Source: an uncultured Candidatus Saccharibacteria bacterium (GTDB taxonomy: Bacteria; Patescibacteriota; Minisyncoccia; Phycocordibacterales; CAIRYW01). Taken from it: 64,000 bases of DNA. The stretch lies in the NCBI GenBank assembly GCA_964406475.1, contig CAYORS010000002.1:1598-65597 (forward strand). The letters are read 5' to 3'. The notes under the pieces were generated by a model. The model saw only the letters and a list, made by a program, of their open reading frames with translations, made no database searches and was not told the origin of the DNA. The stretch's first letter is position 1. Every line of letters begins with the position of its first letter. Below are positions 38,068-48,292 of this stretch, one piece after another. Both the position numbers and the translations under genes were made by a program.

Positions 38068-38529
38068 ATGAAAATTCTTTTTGTCTGTAAAGGTAATATG
38101 TTTCGTTCACAGATGGCAGAAGCTATTGCTGGGCAAATCATTGGGCAAGAAAATGTCATGTCTGCAGGGACATATACAGGCGCACTAGATGAGCCTGAAG
38201 GATTGGTGTTAAAGAATCTCTCTACGATATATAAATCAGGGTATCAGTGCTTTGATAACTTTTTAGAATTTATGAGTCAAAAAGGTCTTGATATTGGTAA
38301 TAATAAAACTAAAAAAGTGACAGATTCAATGATATCTTGGGCGGATGTGGTTGTTGATATGGCAGAAGATTCATTTAATCCTGATTTTCTCAAATCCAAT
38401 CCAAAAGTTGTTCATTGGGATATTGAAAACAACGCTTCAAAATTCGATGTTGTGTATCCTGATCTTTTCCAAAGAATAAGAGAACTTGTAAGTCAAAGAA
38501 AAAATGATTTTGAGAAGCTGAAGAGATGA
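38068..38529 (+). CDS. LMW protein-tyrosine phosphatase/ArsC family protein
   Basis: ILFVCKGNMFRSQMAEA (CX5R), SAGT. Confidence 0.85.
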   Translation: MKILFVCKGNMFRSQMAEAIAGQIIGQENVMSAGTYTGALDEPEGLVLKNLSTIYKSGYQCFDNFLEFMSQKGLDIGNNKTKKVTDSMISWADVVVDMAEDSFNPDFLKSNPKVVHWDIENNASKFDVVYPDLFQRIRELVSQRKNDFEKLKR

Positions 38530-38568
38530 ATTAATATTTTGATTTATGGGTTGCTAGATTTTTAGGTA

Positions 38569-39387
38569 TTACTTTTCGAGTAGTGGATCATACATCATGA
38601 TTGCATTGTTTTCTGCTACAAGTTCTTCAATTGTAGAGTTATTAATAATATTGGTGATTTTTTTCCAAATTTTATTATGTCTTGTATAACCACCCCACCA
38701 TTGTTGTTTAAATATATGGTCTGTTTCATAAATTTCATATTTTGTTTCTGATTTTACGTCACTAGTTATTTCTCCGTTTAAGTATTCTTCATCAAGCCAT
38801 AAGCTGATTTGAAAACTGTTTGCTGTTTTGTTTTCCAATTGAAGGTCAATGTAGTTGTAGGATAAGGTTGCTCCACAAGCAAAAGGGATTGTTCTATTTA
38901 TATCTGGAAATACATCATAACCATGTCTCCAACGCTCTTTTATTGTCAGTGGTGTATGTAATGCCATCCAATAAAGTAAATTTCCCAATTGACAAAGTCC
39001 ACCCCCTGTCTCTTTAGAGACTCTACCGTTATGTAAAGTCATCCCCTCAAGATAGCCTTTTGATTTAGTGGGTTTGCCGACAAGTTTCCAAAATGAAAAT
39101 GTTTGTCCCGGTTTAATAATGACCCTATTGATACAACCAATGGCTATCTTGAGATTGGTTACTTTATTATATTGCAAGTACATGTCTACATCTTTTAAAG
39201 GTCGTAACAAAAAAGATTTATGCTTGGTTAATGAGTACTTGTATTTAATATTTTGATCAATCAAGGCGAAATTATTGTTATTAAATAACCAATGGATTTG
39301 TCGTTTTAGAATAAAAAAATTTTCACCTAGAAATTTTCTTAGGTTGCTTCTTTGTTTTGGTTTATTAATATCTCGTTTGTCCTTCAT
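38569..39387 (-). CDS. VanW family protein
   Basis: PGQTFSFW..VG, GGGLCQL, ER..H..D.FPD, AT..YNYIDL. Confidence 0.9.
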   Translation of the reverse strand: MKDKRDINKPKQRSNLRKFLGENFFILKRQIHWLFNNNNFALIDQNIKYKYSLTKHKSFLLRPLKDVDMYLQYNKVTNLKIAIGCINRVIIKPGQTFSFWKLVGKPTKSKGYLEGMTLHNGRVSKETGGGLCQLGNLLYWMALHTPLTIKERWRHGYDVFPDINRTIPFACGATLSYNYIDLQLENKTANSFQISLWLDEEYLNGEITSDVKSETKYEIYETDHIFKQQWWGGYTRHNKIWKKITNIINNSTIEELVAENNAIMMYDPLLEK

Positions 39388-39567
39388 AAAATTATTTACA
39401 TTGACTAAAAGTGTTATGTTTATACTCGGTTTTACAAACTAATAATAAAATTTTGAATTTAGCAGGTGGTGTTAATATTATATATTTTCACTATAGTTTA
39501 TGCTACTATAGTGATGTCTAGTCAATATAATACTGTTGCAAAATAAGAAAATTAAATAAATATTTTT

Positions 39568-39903
39568 ATGAACATAAAACATTGGGTTGTTGGAGCGGTA
39601 TCTATCATGATTGCGTCATATCTTATTCCAGGAGTTGAGGTGAATCTCCTTGGTGCATTCATTCTTGCGCTTGTGCTCGGACTTATCAATATATTTATCA
39701 AGCCTTTTATCTTTGTACTTACACTTCCGATCAATATTGTAACTCTAGGACTCTTTTCGCTTTTTATCAATGCGGGACTCATCTTATTTGCTGACTGGCT
39801 TGTGCCTGATTTTTATGTCAGCTCATTTTGGTCTGCGCTTTTGTTTTCTATTGTTCTATCGCTTATCACTATGCTCTTTGGACGCGGTACAAAAGCACAA
39901 TAA
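39568..39903 (+). CDS. Phage-holin-family (YvlD-like, 4 TM) membrane protein
   Basis: N.FIKP...LTLPINIVTLGLF...INA. Confidence 0.88.
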   Translation: MNIKHWVVGAVSIMIASYLIPGVEVNLLGAFILALVLGLINIFIKPFIFVLTLPINIVTLGLFSLFINAGLILFADWLVPDFYVSSFWSALLFSIVLSLITMLFGRGTKAQ

Positions 39904-39909
39904 CAAGCA

Positions 39910-41022
39910 ATGCTCGAGCGCATATTTAATATCATAAATAGTGGGCGCATCAAGACTTGGTATGAGCGATATGAGAACCATATCTCTTCTCTTGCGCTTG
40001 TGTTTGGATTTATCTTGGACAACCTTTCGCTTGGGCGAGTGGATGCGCTTGCAGACAAGCTTGTACTCACAATGTATCTCGTTTTGGCGGGACTTTGTAT
40101 TCTCTTGCTTACTGCATGTGAGGAGGGTCTTATAAAGGAGAGTGTCCCTGGGAGACTTCACTTCTGGTTTATGTTTGCGATGCAGTTTGCACTCGGAGGA
40201 CTCTTCAGTGCGTTTGTTGTCTTCTATACACGTAGTGCTACTTTCGAGTCGAGCTGGCCGTTTCTCACTCTTTTGTTCTTGTATTTTCTCGGTAACGAAA
40301 TATGGAAAAGGTATTACAGCAGACTCAATGTGAGGCTCAGTGTTTTCTTTTTTGCGCTACTTTCCTATGCAACAATAGTTATTCCTACTATTTTTAACTC
40401 TATTGAGAGATGGGTCTTTGTGGTGAGTACTTTGATTGCAACTATTGTCTATATTGTATTTGTCCTTATTATCCGTATTGTTTCAGAGAAGAGGTATGAA
40501 CTCTTGAAATGGCGAGTGAGAATGAGTGCTCTCGTGGTGCTTGGGCTTTTGAATTTATTTTATTTCCTTAACATCATCCCACCTTTGCCACTCCTCCTAA
40601 AGGATATTGGAGTTTACCATGACCTCAAAAAAAAGGGTGACGGAGGATATTTTGTCGAAGTGGAGGAGTCGAGTGCCTGGTATGATTATTTCAGGTCAAA
40701 AAAGATCTTTCATCGTTTCGCTGGAGAGCCTATATATGTCTTGACTGCTGTGTATTCACCAGTCGATCTCAATACTACGGTGATTCACAATTGGCAGAAG
40801 TATAATGAGGAGACATCGTCTTGGATTGATCAGAGTAATGTTGTGGTCCCGATAAAAGGTGGGAGACAGGATGGGTATAGATTGTACTCGCTTAAACAAA
40901 GTGCGGTGCCAGGACTCTGGCGGGTCAATGTCGTCACCGAAGATAACAGACTCATAGGACGGATTAAGTTTGAGCTTGTAAATGTAGAAGAGAAAGCAAA
41001 AACATCCCCGCTCATAAAGTAG
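39910..41022 (+). CDS. DUF2914-domain membrane protein
   Basis: Multi-TM N-terminus, IPPLPL, GGR.DGYR.YS.K....G.WRV.V. Confidence 0.8.
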   Translation: MLERIFNIINSGRIKTWYERYENHISSLALVFGFILDNLSLGRVDALADKLVLTMYLVLAGLCILLLTACEEGLIKESVPGRLHFWFMFAMQFALGGLFSAFVVFYTRSATFESSWPFLTLLFLYFLGNEIWKRYYSRLNVRLSVFFFALLSYATIVIPTIFNSIERWVFVVSTLIATIVYIVFVLIIRIVSEKRYELLKWRVRMSALVVLGLLNLFYFLNIIPPLPLLLKDIGVYHDLKKKGDGGYFVEVEESSAWYDYFRSKKIFHRFAGEPIYVLTAVYSPVDLNTTVIHNWQKYNEETSSWIDQSNVVVPIKGGRQDGYRLYSLKQSAVPGLWRVNVVTEDNRLIGRIKFELVNVEEKAKTSPLIK

Positions 41023-41044
41023 CGAGGATGTTTTTTCATGATTA

Positions 41045-41545
41045 TTATTGAATGTTAAATATTGAATAAAGTATTTTTGTGACGAAGTCTGCATTAGGTC
41101 CGTACACAAGTATTCCTCCGAGACCTCCTGTAATAGAGAGTGTGGTAAGCGCTATAATTGCAACACTTATCGATACAATTGGAGAAAGTATGATTGTGGT
41201 CACAACTCTTACAGCTTCTATGTATTTGAAGTTTCTTTTCTCGAGATATGGCTCAATGAGCTTTAGGATATATCCCAGAGAGAGAAATGAATAAAGCATT
41301 ATGCTCATCTGTGCAAACATCTCGTGGAAGCGGAGAATGCTACTTCGGCTTTTGAGGAGGTGTGATGCGATATCACCAGTCTGTAGAGCGAAGTATCCGC
41401 CCACTGTTCCTGTGATGAGTAGAAGCGCCTTCGAGTAGAATAAGTTGTATTTTAGAACGATATTTTTTGACTTTATGAGCTCGACAACACTGTACAGGGT
41501 GAGAAGTGCGATCGGGAAGTGTACAACAATTGGGTGTATGTTCAT
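41045..41545 (-). CDS. DUF2231-like membrane protein
   Basis: HPIVVHFPIAL, TG..GG.LVY. Confidence 0.8.
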   Translation of the reverse strand: MNIHPIVVHFPIALLTLYSVVELIKSKNIVLKYNLFYSKALLLITGTVGGYFALQTGDIASHLLKSRSSILRFHEMFAQMSIMLYSFLSLGYILKLIEPYLEKRNFKYIEAVRVVTTIILSPIVSISVAIIALTTLSITGGLGGILVYGPNADFVTKILYSIFNIQ

Positions 41546-41602
41546 TATGTGTAATATTGCTGATAATGTTATAATTATAGCATAACACTAATTTCAAAAC
41601 GT

Positions 41603-42013
41603 ATGAGTATCAAACTATATGCAGTTGCGTTTGTTTTACTTATTCTACTCGATCTTGTTTGGATTGGGGGATTTATGACTCAGTTTTACAAAGACAATCT
41701 CAAAGATTTTTTGAGATTTAGTCCAGAAGGTAATCTTATGCCACGACTTATTCCAACAGCGCTTGTCTACATTGCGGGTGCAGTGATGCTTGTGGTATTT
41801 GTACTTCCGCAAGTGAGGAATCTTGTGCAGGCTGGGGAGAGTATCTCTGTCGCGTCACTGTATGGTGCACTCCTAGGACTTCTTGTATATATGTTTTATG
41901 ACTTCACTAACTTTGCACTTTTCGACAAATGGAATCTTGTGGTGACACTTGTTGATGTTGCATGGGGGACTGTCTTGTTCTACATTACTACACTCGTATT
42001 AATACTTATCTAA
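41603..42013 (+). CDS. DUF2177-family membrane protein
   Basis: LDLVW, GALLGL.VY..YDFTN.A...W......VDVAWG. Confidence 0.85.
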   Translation: MSIKLYAVAFVLLILLDLVWIGGFMTQFYKDNLKDFLRFSPEGNLMPRLIPTALVYIAGAVMLVVFVLPQVRNLVQAGESISVASLYGALLGLLVYMFYDFTNFALFDKWNLVVTLVDVAWGTVLFYITTLVLILI

Positions 42014-42023
42014 AATACATGCT

Positions 42024-43283
42024 ATGAAAAACGATCCATTCGCAAGTTCAGTTGTACAAATCAAAAAAGCAGGGTCTCTCTTGGGACTCAGTCCTTCTAC
42101 ACTTGAGAGAATACTCGAACCACAGAGAGTGGTCAGGGTGAATTTCCCAGTCACTATGGATACAGGTGAGATAAAGACATTTGTCGGTTTCAGATCTCAA
42201 CACAACAATGCTCGTGGTCCATACAAGGGTGGTTTACGTTTTAGTCCCGAGGTTACAGAATCAGAGGTAAAAGCTCTATCAAGCTGGATGACCTGGAAAT
42301 GTGCTGTTGCTGACATTCCTTTTGGAGGAGGTAAGGGTGGTGTTATTGTTGATACAAAGACACTTTCCAAAACAGAACTTGAGAATCTGTCACGAAGCTT
42401 TATACGAGCTATTGCAGATGTAATCGGTCCACACAAAGATGTGCCAGCACCAGATATGTACACTACTCCCGAGATTATGGATTGGATGGTAGATGAATAT
42501 TCAAATATTACTGGTTCAAGAGAGCCTGCTACCTTCACAGGCAAGACTCTTTCTTCTGGCGGTAGTTTGGGGCGTACTGAAGCTACAGGTTATGGTGGAG
42601 TTTTTGTTTTGCAAAAGCTCATCAGTGCTCGTTCGATCTCGATCGATGGTCTCACGCTTGCAATACAGGGGTTGGGTAATGTTGGTGAATATTTTGCCAA
42701 GAAGGCATTTGAAAGCGGTTTCAAGATTGTTGCGCTGTCTGATTCGAAGTCAGCTATTTACAACAGTGATGGGCTTGATCCGCAAGTTGTGCTCGAGTAC
42801 AAAAAGGCGAGTGGCAGTCTCAAAGGATATCCTAATGCTAAAGAGATTTCTAACGCAGAGTTGCTTGTGCTCGATGTAGATGTGCTCGTACCCGCAGCTC
42901 TTGAAAACGTCATTACCACGGATAATGCTTATGATATTAAGGCGAAGTTTATTATCGAAATGGCAAATGGGCCTCTCACACCAGAAGCGGATGAGATATT
43001 ACATAACAAGGGGGTTATTTTTGTCCCTGATATACTTTCAAATAGCGGTGGGGTAACGGTGTCGTACTTTGAATGGTATCAAAACATACATAACGAGAAA
43101 TGGACAAAGGAGGATGTTCTCGACAAACTCAAAACCACTATCGAGAAGGCTTTTGATGATTGTTATAGTATGATGAATGGTGATGACTGCTTTGCTCTGC
43201 GAGGAGAGCGGAATATTGATATGCGAACTGCGTGTTATATGATCGCAATCAAAAAGGTCTTGGACAGTATGACAAAAAAATAG
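42024..43283 (+). CDS. gdhA: Glu/Leu/Phe/Val dehydrogenase (glutamate dehydrogenase)
   Basis: GPYKGGLRF, GGGKGG, DVPAPD, GRTEATGYG, QGLGNVG, EMANGP, NSGGVTVSYFEW. Confidence 0.93.
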   Translation: MKNDPFASSVVQIKKAGSLLGLSPSTLERILEPQRVVRVNFPVTMDTGEIKTFVGFRSQHNNARGPYKGGLRFSPEVTESEVKALSSWMTWKCAVADIPFGGGKGGVIVDTKTLSKTELENLSRSFIRAIADVIGPHKDVPAPDMYTTPEIMDWMVDEYSNITGSREPATFTGKTLSSGGSLGRTEATGYGGVFVLQKLISARSISIDGLTLAIQGLGNVGEYFAKKAFESGFKIVALSDSKSAIYNSDGLDPQVVLEYKKASGSLKGYPNAKEISNAELLVLDVDVLVPAALENVITTDNAYDIKAKFIIEMANGPLTPEADEILHNKGVIFVPDILSNSGGVTVSYFEWYQNIHNEKWTKEDVLDKLKTTIEKAFDDCYSMMNGDDCFALRGERNIDMRTACYMIAIKKVLDSMTKK

Positions 43284-43303
43284 AGCCAGGCAAACGCGTG
43301 GCT

Positions 43304-43435
43304 CTACTTGTTGCTATTATTCAAACTTGGTGGTGTTGTCTGACCGAATATCACGAAGCATATTGTCGTGAATATAATTGAGGTCATTATGCCCACCCAT
43401 TTGCTGAGAGTTGAAAGAGCATGAGAACTTTTCAT
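43304..43435 (-). CDS. Small (43 aa) single-TM protein, not in the ORF track
   Basis: TTGATT-17-TATACT then ATG 7 nt later; MKSSHALSTLSKWVGIMTSIIFTTICFVIFG... Confidence 0.4.
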   Translation of the reverse strand: MKSSHALSTLSKWVGIMTSIIFTTICFVIFGQTTPPSLNNSNK

Positions 43436-43476
43436 TACTAACAGTATATTCCTCTCTATATCAATAATCAATACAT

Positions 43477-44235
43477 ATGAACATATTTAGAACAAAATTT
43501 AAAGGAGAGATTGTGGCAGAGTTTGTTATGCCCAAGAAACCAAGCAACAAGGTCCTTATTCTCTGTGGCGGTATGCCCGGCTATCCTGAGAAATCTCGAT
43601 ATGAAAGTCTCTTTGACATATATACAAAAAAGGGTTTCTGGATTTTTGTTCCGCGATATCGTGGGAGCTGGGAAAGTGGAGGTCTTATGTTCAAGAAATC
43701 CCCCCATAAAGATATACAAGATGTTATAGACGAACTTGAGACGGGTTTTGTGGAATTATGGGCGGGTCAAAAATACGTAATAAAAAATCCAGAAATTGTA
43801 TTGGTCGGTGGAAGTTTTGGCGGACCAGCGGTACTGCTTAACTCAAAGGATTCTCGAGTCAAAAAAGTGATCGCATTTAGCCCTGTCCTCGATTGGCGTG
43901 AAGAGAAAAATACAATCGAACCAATCCCGAAACTCGCGCAATTCGTGAGTGATGCATTTGCTTGTGGCTATCGTATTGCAAGAAACGGCTGGCAAAAAAT
44001 AGAAGAGGGTAAACTTTATAATCCAGCGACAGAACAGGAAAAAATCGATGGATCAAAATGTTTAATCATTCATGCAAAAGACGACGAAGTTGTATCCGCA
44101 AAACCACTAGAATCATTTGTCAAAGCTGTCGGCCCAAAGCTCATTTTGGTTGCCAAGGGCGGACATATGGGTAGTCGATATCTTGTAGAAAAACGCTTTT
44201 CTAAAAAGTGCTCTGACTTCTTAAAATCAAAATAG
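43477..44235 (+). CDS. Alpha/beta hydrolase (prolyl oligopeptidase-like)
   Basis: PRYRGSWES, GGSFGG nucleophile elbow, H..DD.VV, GGH. Confidence 0.85.
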   Translation: MNIFRTKFKGEIVAEFVMPKKPSNKVLILCGGMPGYPEKSRYESLFDIYTKKGFWIFVPRYRGSWESGGLMFKKSPHKDIQDVIDELETGFVELWAGQKYVIKNPEIVLVGGSFGGPAVLLNSKDSRVKKVIAFSPVLDWREEKNTIEPIPKLAQFVSDAFACGYRIARNGWQKIEEGKLYNPATEQEKIDGSKCLIIHAKDDEVVSAKPLESFVKAVGPKLILVAKGGHMGSRYLVEKRFSKKCSDFLKSK

Positions 44236-44253
44236 TTTTTACTTTGAGATATA

Positions 44254-45603
44254 TTATATAGTGATAGCCTTTTCTCTCCCTTTGATACTTATCTGTGCAA
44301 TATAGAGTGTTACAAGTGCTGATATCCAGTTGATAACTAGTAGTGACCACCAGATCGCAGATAGTCCTAGGTTAAAAGTGTGTACTACAATAGGAAGAAT
44401 AAGAAGTGGGAGTACAATCTGTCGTATGATACCTGTGATGAGTGCGCGGTTTGGATATTTGATACCTTGGAGGGCAGAACCGCCAACGAACGACACAACA
44501 TATGCCATGAATATACCGAGAGCAATATAGAGATACTGCATGCCGATATCAGTGATACCTTTGCTTGTTGTAAACTGAGCAAACAATATCCGTCCAAACA
44601 ATACTGTCACAAAGATAGAAAACCCAAGCGCATAAAGTCCGTCAGTAATACAGATCTTCATAGTCTCTTTGATTCTGTCATATCGATGAGCTCCGTTGTT
44701 TTGTCCGATGATTGAAAGTGCAGCAATGTTGAGTCCGATAGTGGGGATGAGAGCGATTTGTTCTATTCGTATAGCGACACCGTATCCAGCGATTGCATCG
44801 GCTCCGAATGATGCAATGAAATAATTGATAATAAAGCTACCAACAGCAATATTAATCATATTGAGACTAGAGGGTACAGCCTGTAAGAAGATTTGTTTTA
44901 TGATAGGCAGTCTCAAACTGAAGTTTCTTATATTACCGCTCAAAATTTGATGCTTTTTGAGGTAGATAATAAGGAAAACGCATTCAATAATCTGTACGAG
45001 TACTGTTGCGAATGCTACACCTTGGATCCCCATTTGTGGAACACCAAACCCACCATACATAAACCATGGGTCAAATACGACATTGAGGAAAAAAGCAACA
45101 ATGAGTAAGTTTCGAAATACTTTGGTATTACCTTGTGCATTGAGATAGGTGTTAAGTATACTCACAAGGATAAAGAATGTTGTACCAAGGAAGATGATGT
45201 TTAGATAATCCGTTGCATAAGTGATCACATCGCCAGAGAGACCCATGACTTCTAGTATTGGTCTCCCAAATGCAAGTCCAAGGATTGTGAGGGTGAGTCC
45301 ACCTATAATACCCATAAATATACCCTGAATATAATACGCTTTAGCTGTCTCTGGATCTTTTTTACCAAGGAAGTTTGCAATGAGTACGGTAGTTGCTGTT
45401 GATATACCAGTTGATGCGGCAAGGATAATGAAGAAAGCGGGGAATGAAGCTGTGAGTCCTGCAAGCGCCGCATCGCCTAGTTTACCGCCGAAATATGTAT
45501 CGACGATATTAAACATAGTGTTAAAGAAAAAGCCTATTGAAGCAGGGATCGCTATATTACGAACATGTGTTCCTATATTTCCTTCTGTAAGATTGGTTTT
45601 CAT
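44254..45603 (-). CDS. MATE family efflux transporter
   Basis: NIVDTYF.G.LG..ALA, LNVVFDP, GQNNGA; about 12 TM. Confidence 0.93.
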   Translation of the reverse strand: MKTNLTEGNIGTHVRNIAIPASIGFFFNTMFNIVDTYFGGKLGDAALAGLTASFPAFFIILAASTGISTATTVLIANFLGKKDPETAKAYYIQGIFMGIIGGLTLTILGLAFGRPILEVMGLSGDVITYATDYLNIIFLGTTFFILVSILNTYLNAQGNTKVFRNLLIVAFFLNVVFDPWFMYGGFGVPQMGIQGVAFATVLVQIIECVFLIIYLKKHQILSGNIRNFSLRLPIIKQIFLQAVPSSLNMINIAVGSFIINYFIASFGADAIAGYGVAIRIEQIALIPTIGLNIAALSIIGQNNGAHRYDRIKETMKICITDGLYALGFSIFVTVLFGRILFAQFTTSKGITDIGMQYLYIALGIFMAYVVSFVGGSALQGIKYPNRALITGIIRQIVLPLLILPIVVHTFNLGLSAIWWSLLVINWISALVTLYIAQISIKGREKAITI

Positions 45604-45705
45604 AGGGTATTTGTGTCTAAGGATTAAGAAGTAATATTATACTTTATTTTGTCTTAATTGTGTAGACTTTTAAGATGTTTCTTGTTAGTATATAGAACCA
45701 TAAAT

Positions 45706-45778
45706 GCGCCCATAGCTCAGTTGGTAGAGCAGCTCCCTCTTAAGGAGATGGTCGTAGGTTCGAATCCTACTGGGCGCA
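45706..45778 (+). tRNA. tRNA-Lys(CTT)
   Basis: GCGCCCA/TGGGCGC acceptor, D-arm GCTC/GAGC, anticodon loop CT-CTT-AA, GGTTCGAATCC T-arm; CCA not encoded. Confidence 0.96.
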
Positions 45779-45865
45779 CAGACACGGTTTACGAAAAGAG
45801 TGCTTTGAAGCGCTCTTTTTGCGTCTATGTGAGGCGCAGTTATGTTTTTGTAGTATAATGAAACA

Positions 45866-46891
45866 ATGATTAGTCTAAACAAAATCCAAGAAAAAAAAGA
45901 CTGGATAGTTCCAGATGTGTCTTTCAAGATACCTCTTACTCAAGCATGGTTTTATGGTGACATTCAAAAAAAAACAGGAAGGAATGTGATTCGGTTTTTG
46001 ATCAAAAAAAATAACAATAACATAGGGTTTGTTCAGTTTATTGAATACTCTCTTTTTCAAAAAAAAGTGTATTGGTATGCTCCCTATGGTCCTCTTTTTT
46101 GGGATGTTGTATCCCAAGAAGAGCTTTATCTATTCAAAGAAAGTATTAAAAAAATCCTGTGTACAGACTGTGTTTTTGTACGACTTGATCCTTCTCCACT
46201 TTTGTCAGGTCCTCAAGAAAAAAAATGGAAAAAAGCGTTTGGTAATGTAGCACTGTCTTCTTATAAAGGCGCTTATTTCCAGCCACGTCTTGAATGGTAT
46301 ACAGACATTCAAGGATCAGACGAATCGATTCTGTCTCATATGCATCAAAAAACAAGATATTCTGTGCGTCTTGCAGAAAAAAGAGGGGTTGCTATATCTA
46401 TAATTAAAAAAGATTTTGACACAGCTCTCGCTGATTTTCTTGTTTTGATGAAAATCACTTCCGAAAGAAATAATTTTTCACTCCATAATGATGTTTATTA
46501 TGCAAACTTTTTTCAATCTCTTGAAGAAGATCAAAATGGATTTATTATTGAGGCTCGGTATAAGGGGCTTTTACTTGCGTCTCACTGTATTGTGATTGTG
46601 TCCGGTGTTGCTCATTATGTTTTTGGAGCCTCATCTAATATACATAGAGATGTTTGTGCACCTTATTTGTTGCATTTTAGAGCAATGCAAGAATCAAGAG
46701 CACAAGGTGCTTGTTTTTATAACTTCGGTGCTATAGCAGAAGAAGGTGGTGCCGAATGGCAAACCCTGTCTGTTTTCAAAAAGAAGTTTGGAGGCAAAAA
46801 GTTTCGTCACGATAGTTTTTTTGATGTAGTGGTACACCCTCTGTGGTATTATATCTATATACTAAGGAAATTTATTAAACACATATTATGA
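45866..46891 (+). CDS. FemABX-family peptidoglycan bridge peptidyltransferase
   Basis: YAPYGP, KTRYSVRLAEKRGV, YVFGAS, YNFG, FKKKFGG. Confidence 0.9.
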   Translation: MISLNKIQEKKDWIVPDVSFKIPLTQAWFYGDIQKKTGRNVIRFLIKKNNNNIGFVQFIEYSLFQKKVYWYAPYGPLFWDVVSQEELYLFKESIKKILCTDCVFVRLDPSPLLSGPQEKKWKKAFGNVALSSYKGAYFQPRLEWYTDIQGSDESILSHMHQKTRYSVRLAEKRGVAISIIKKDFDTALADFLVLMKITSERNNFSLHNDVYYANFFQSLEEDQNGFIIEARYKGLLLASHCIVIVSGVAHYVFGASSNIHRDVCAPYLLHFRAMQESRAQGACFYNFGAIAEEGGAEWQTLSVFKKKFGGKKFRHDSFFDVVVHPLWYYIYILRKFIKHIL

Positions 46892-48231
46892 TGCATACTC
46901 TAAAAAATTTTCTCAAAAAAATAATTCCAAAAAAAATTTTTGACATATATCATTTTTCTCTTGCGTGGATTGCTTCTTTTGTTTTTAGATTTCCTTCAAA
47001 AAAAATGATTATTATAGGTGTGACAGGGACAAAAGGTAAGACAAGTACTATTAATTATCTTTGGTCTGTGTTGGAGTATGGAGGAATAAAAACAGGTGTG
47101 ATTACAACAGCAAATGTACGTATTGGAGAAACAGAAATATTGAATCCTTTTCATATGACAATGCCAGGAAGGTTTGTAATACAAAAATTCCTTCATCGTA
47201 TGGTGAGTGAAGGTTGTCGTTGTGCTATTGTGGAGACAACATCTCAAGGGATTGCACAGTTTCGTCATATTGGTATTGATTATGATGTTGCTATTTTCAC
47301 GAACCTTACACCAGAACATATTGATGCACACAAGACATTTGAGAATTACAAAATGATGAAAGGTAAACTTTTTGAAACTCTATCTCACAGTGCTACAAAA
47401 TATTTTGATAATAAACCTTTTCCCAAAACAATCATTGCAAACGCTGATAGCGAATATGCACCTTTCTTTCTTTCTTTTGATGCGCCACGCAAAGAGGCTT
47501 TCAGTATGAATCTCTCGGGTGCATACAAAGCAGATAATGTCTTGTTTCAGAAGGATGGGGTCTCATTTGAAGTTGGTAAAGAAAAATACTCACTTCAAAT
47601 TCCTGGTGTGTTTAATGTATATAATGCACTCCCTGCAATCATTATTGGACACATCTTTGGTATAAGTAAAGAAAAAATCAAAAGAGGTTTACATCATCTT
47701 TCTGTTATACCTGGAAGAATGGAAGAAATTAGTCTCGGTCAAGATTTTCGTCTTTTTGTTGATTATGCTCATGAGAAATACAGTATGACTTTTGTCACAG
47801 AAACAGCCAATCTTTTAAAGCAAAAAGGTGCCAAATCAATTATTTTGTTAGGAGCAGAAGGTGGAGGTCGTGATAAATCAAAAAGAGCCGTTATGGGTGA
47901 GATTGTAGGTAAAAATGCAGATATTGTCGTTGTATCAAATGTTGATCCGTATGACGATGATCCACAAGAAATTTTAGAAGATATTGCTCGTGCAGCTGTT
48001 GCTGCGGGCAAATCGAGAAATAAAAATCTTTTTGTTATTGAAGATAGAAGAGAGGGGATTCGCAAATGTCTCGAAGAAGCTAAAACCGGAGATGTGGTTA
48101 TTATTGCATGCAAGGGTGCAGAGCAATCAATGATAATCGGAGGAGATTCGATTCCTTGGGATGATCGTACTGTTGTGAAAGAAGAATTGGAGTCATTACT
48201 TAAACTTGAGGTATGTGATGGACTTTGTTAA
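46888..48231 (+). CDS. murE: UDP-MurNAc-dipeptide ligase MurE
   Basis: GVTGTKGKT, ETTSQG, TNLTPEHID.H, PGRME, VDYAH, GG.RD..KR..MG. Confidence 0.93.
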   Translation: MMHTLKNFLKKIIPKKIFDIYHFSLAWIASFVFRFPSKKMIIIGVTGTKGKTSTINYLWSVLEYGGIKTGVITTANVRIGETEILNPFHMTMPGRFVIQKFLHRMVSEGCRCAIVETTSQGIAQFRHIGIDYDVAIFTNLTPEHIDAHKTFENYKMMKGKLFETLSHSATKYFDNKPFPKTIIANADSEYAPFFLSFDAPRKEAFSMNLSGAYKADNVLFQKDGVSFEVGKEKYSLQIPGVFNVYNALPAIIIGHIFGISKEKIKRGLHHLSVIPGRMEEISLGQDFRLFVDYAHEKYSMTFVTETANLLKQKGAKSIILLGAEGGGRDKSKRAVMGEIVGKNADIVVVSNVDPYDDDPQEILEDIARAAVAAGKSRNKNLFVIEDRREGIRKCLEEAKTGDVVIIACKGAEQSMIIGGDSIPWDDRTVVKEELESLLKLEVCDGLC

Positions 48232-48292
48232 TCTAATAAAGATATGTTTATTTATACTTTTTTGTATTATTGGTGGGTAATCAATAACATTT

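Noticed and set aside
39568-39903. Holin-family gene as a prophage marker
   Set aside because: The YvlD-like family is commonly chromosomal; no phage genes nearby.
45779-45865. tRNA 3' end as an integration site
   Set aside because: No integrase or duplicated tRNA 3' fragment seen; core cell-wall genes follow directly.
45658-45927. ORFs 45658-45858 (+) and 45685-45927 (-)
   Set aside because: Shadows of the tRNA-Lys gene.
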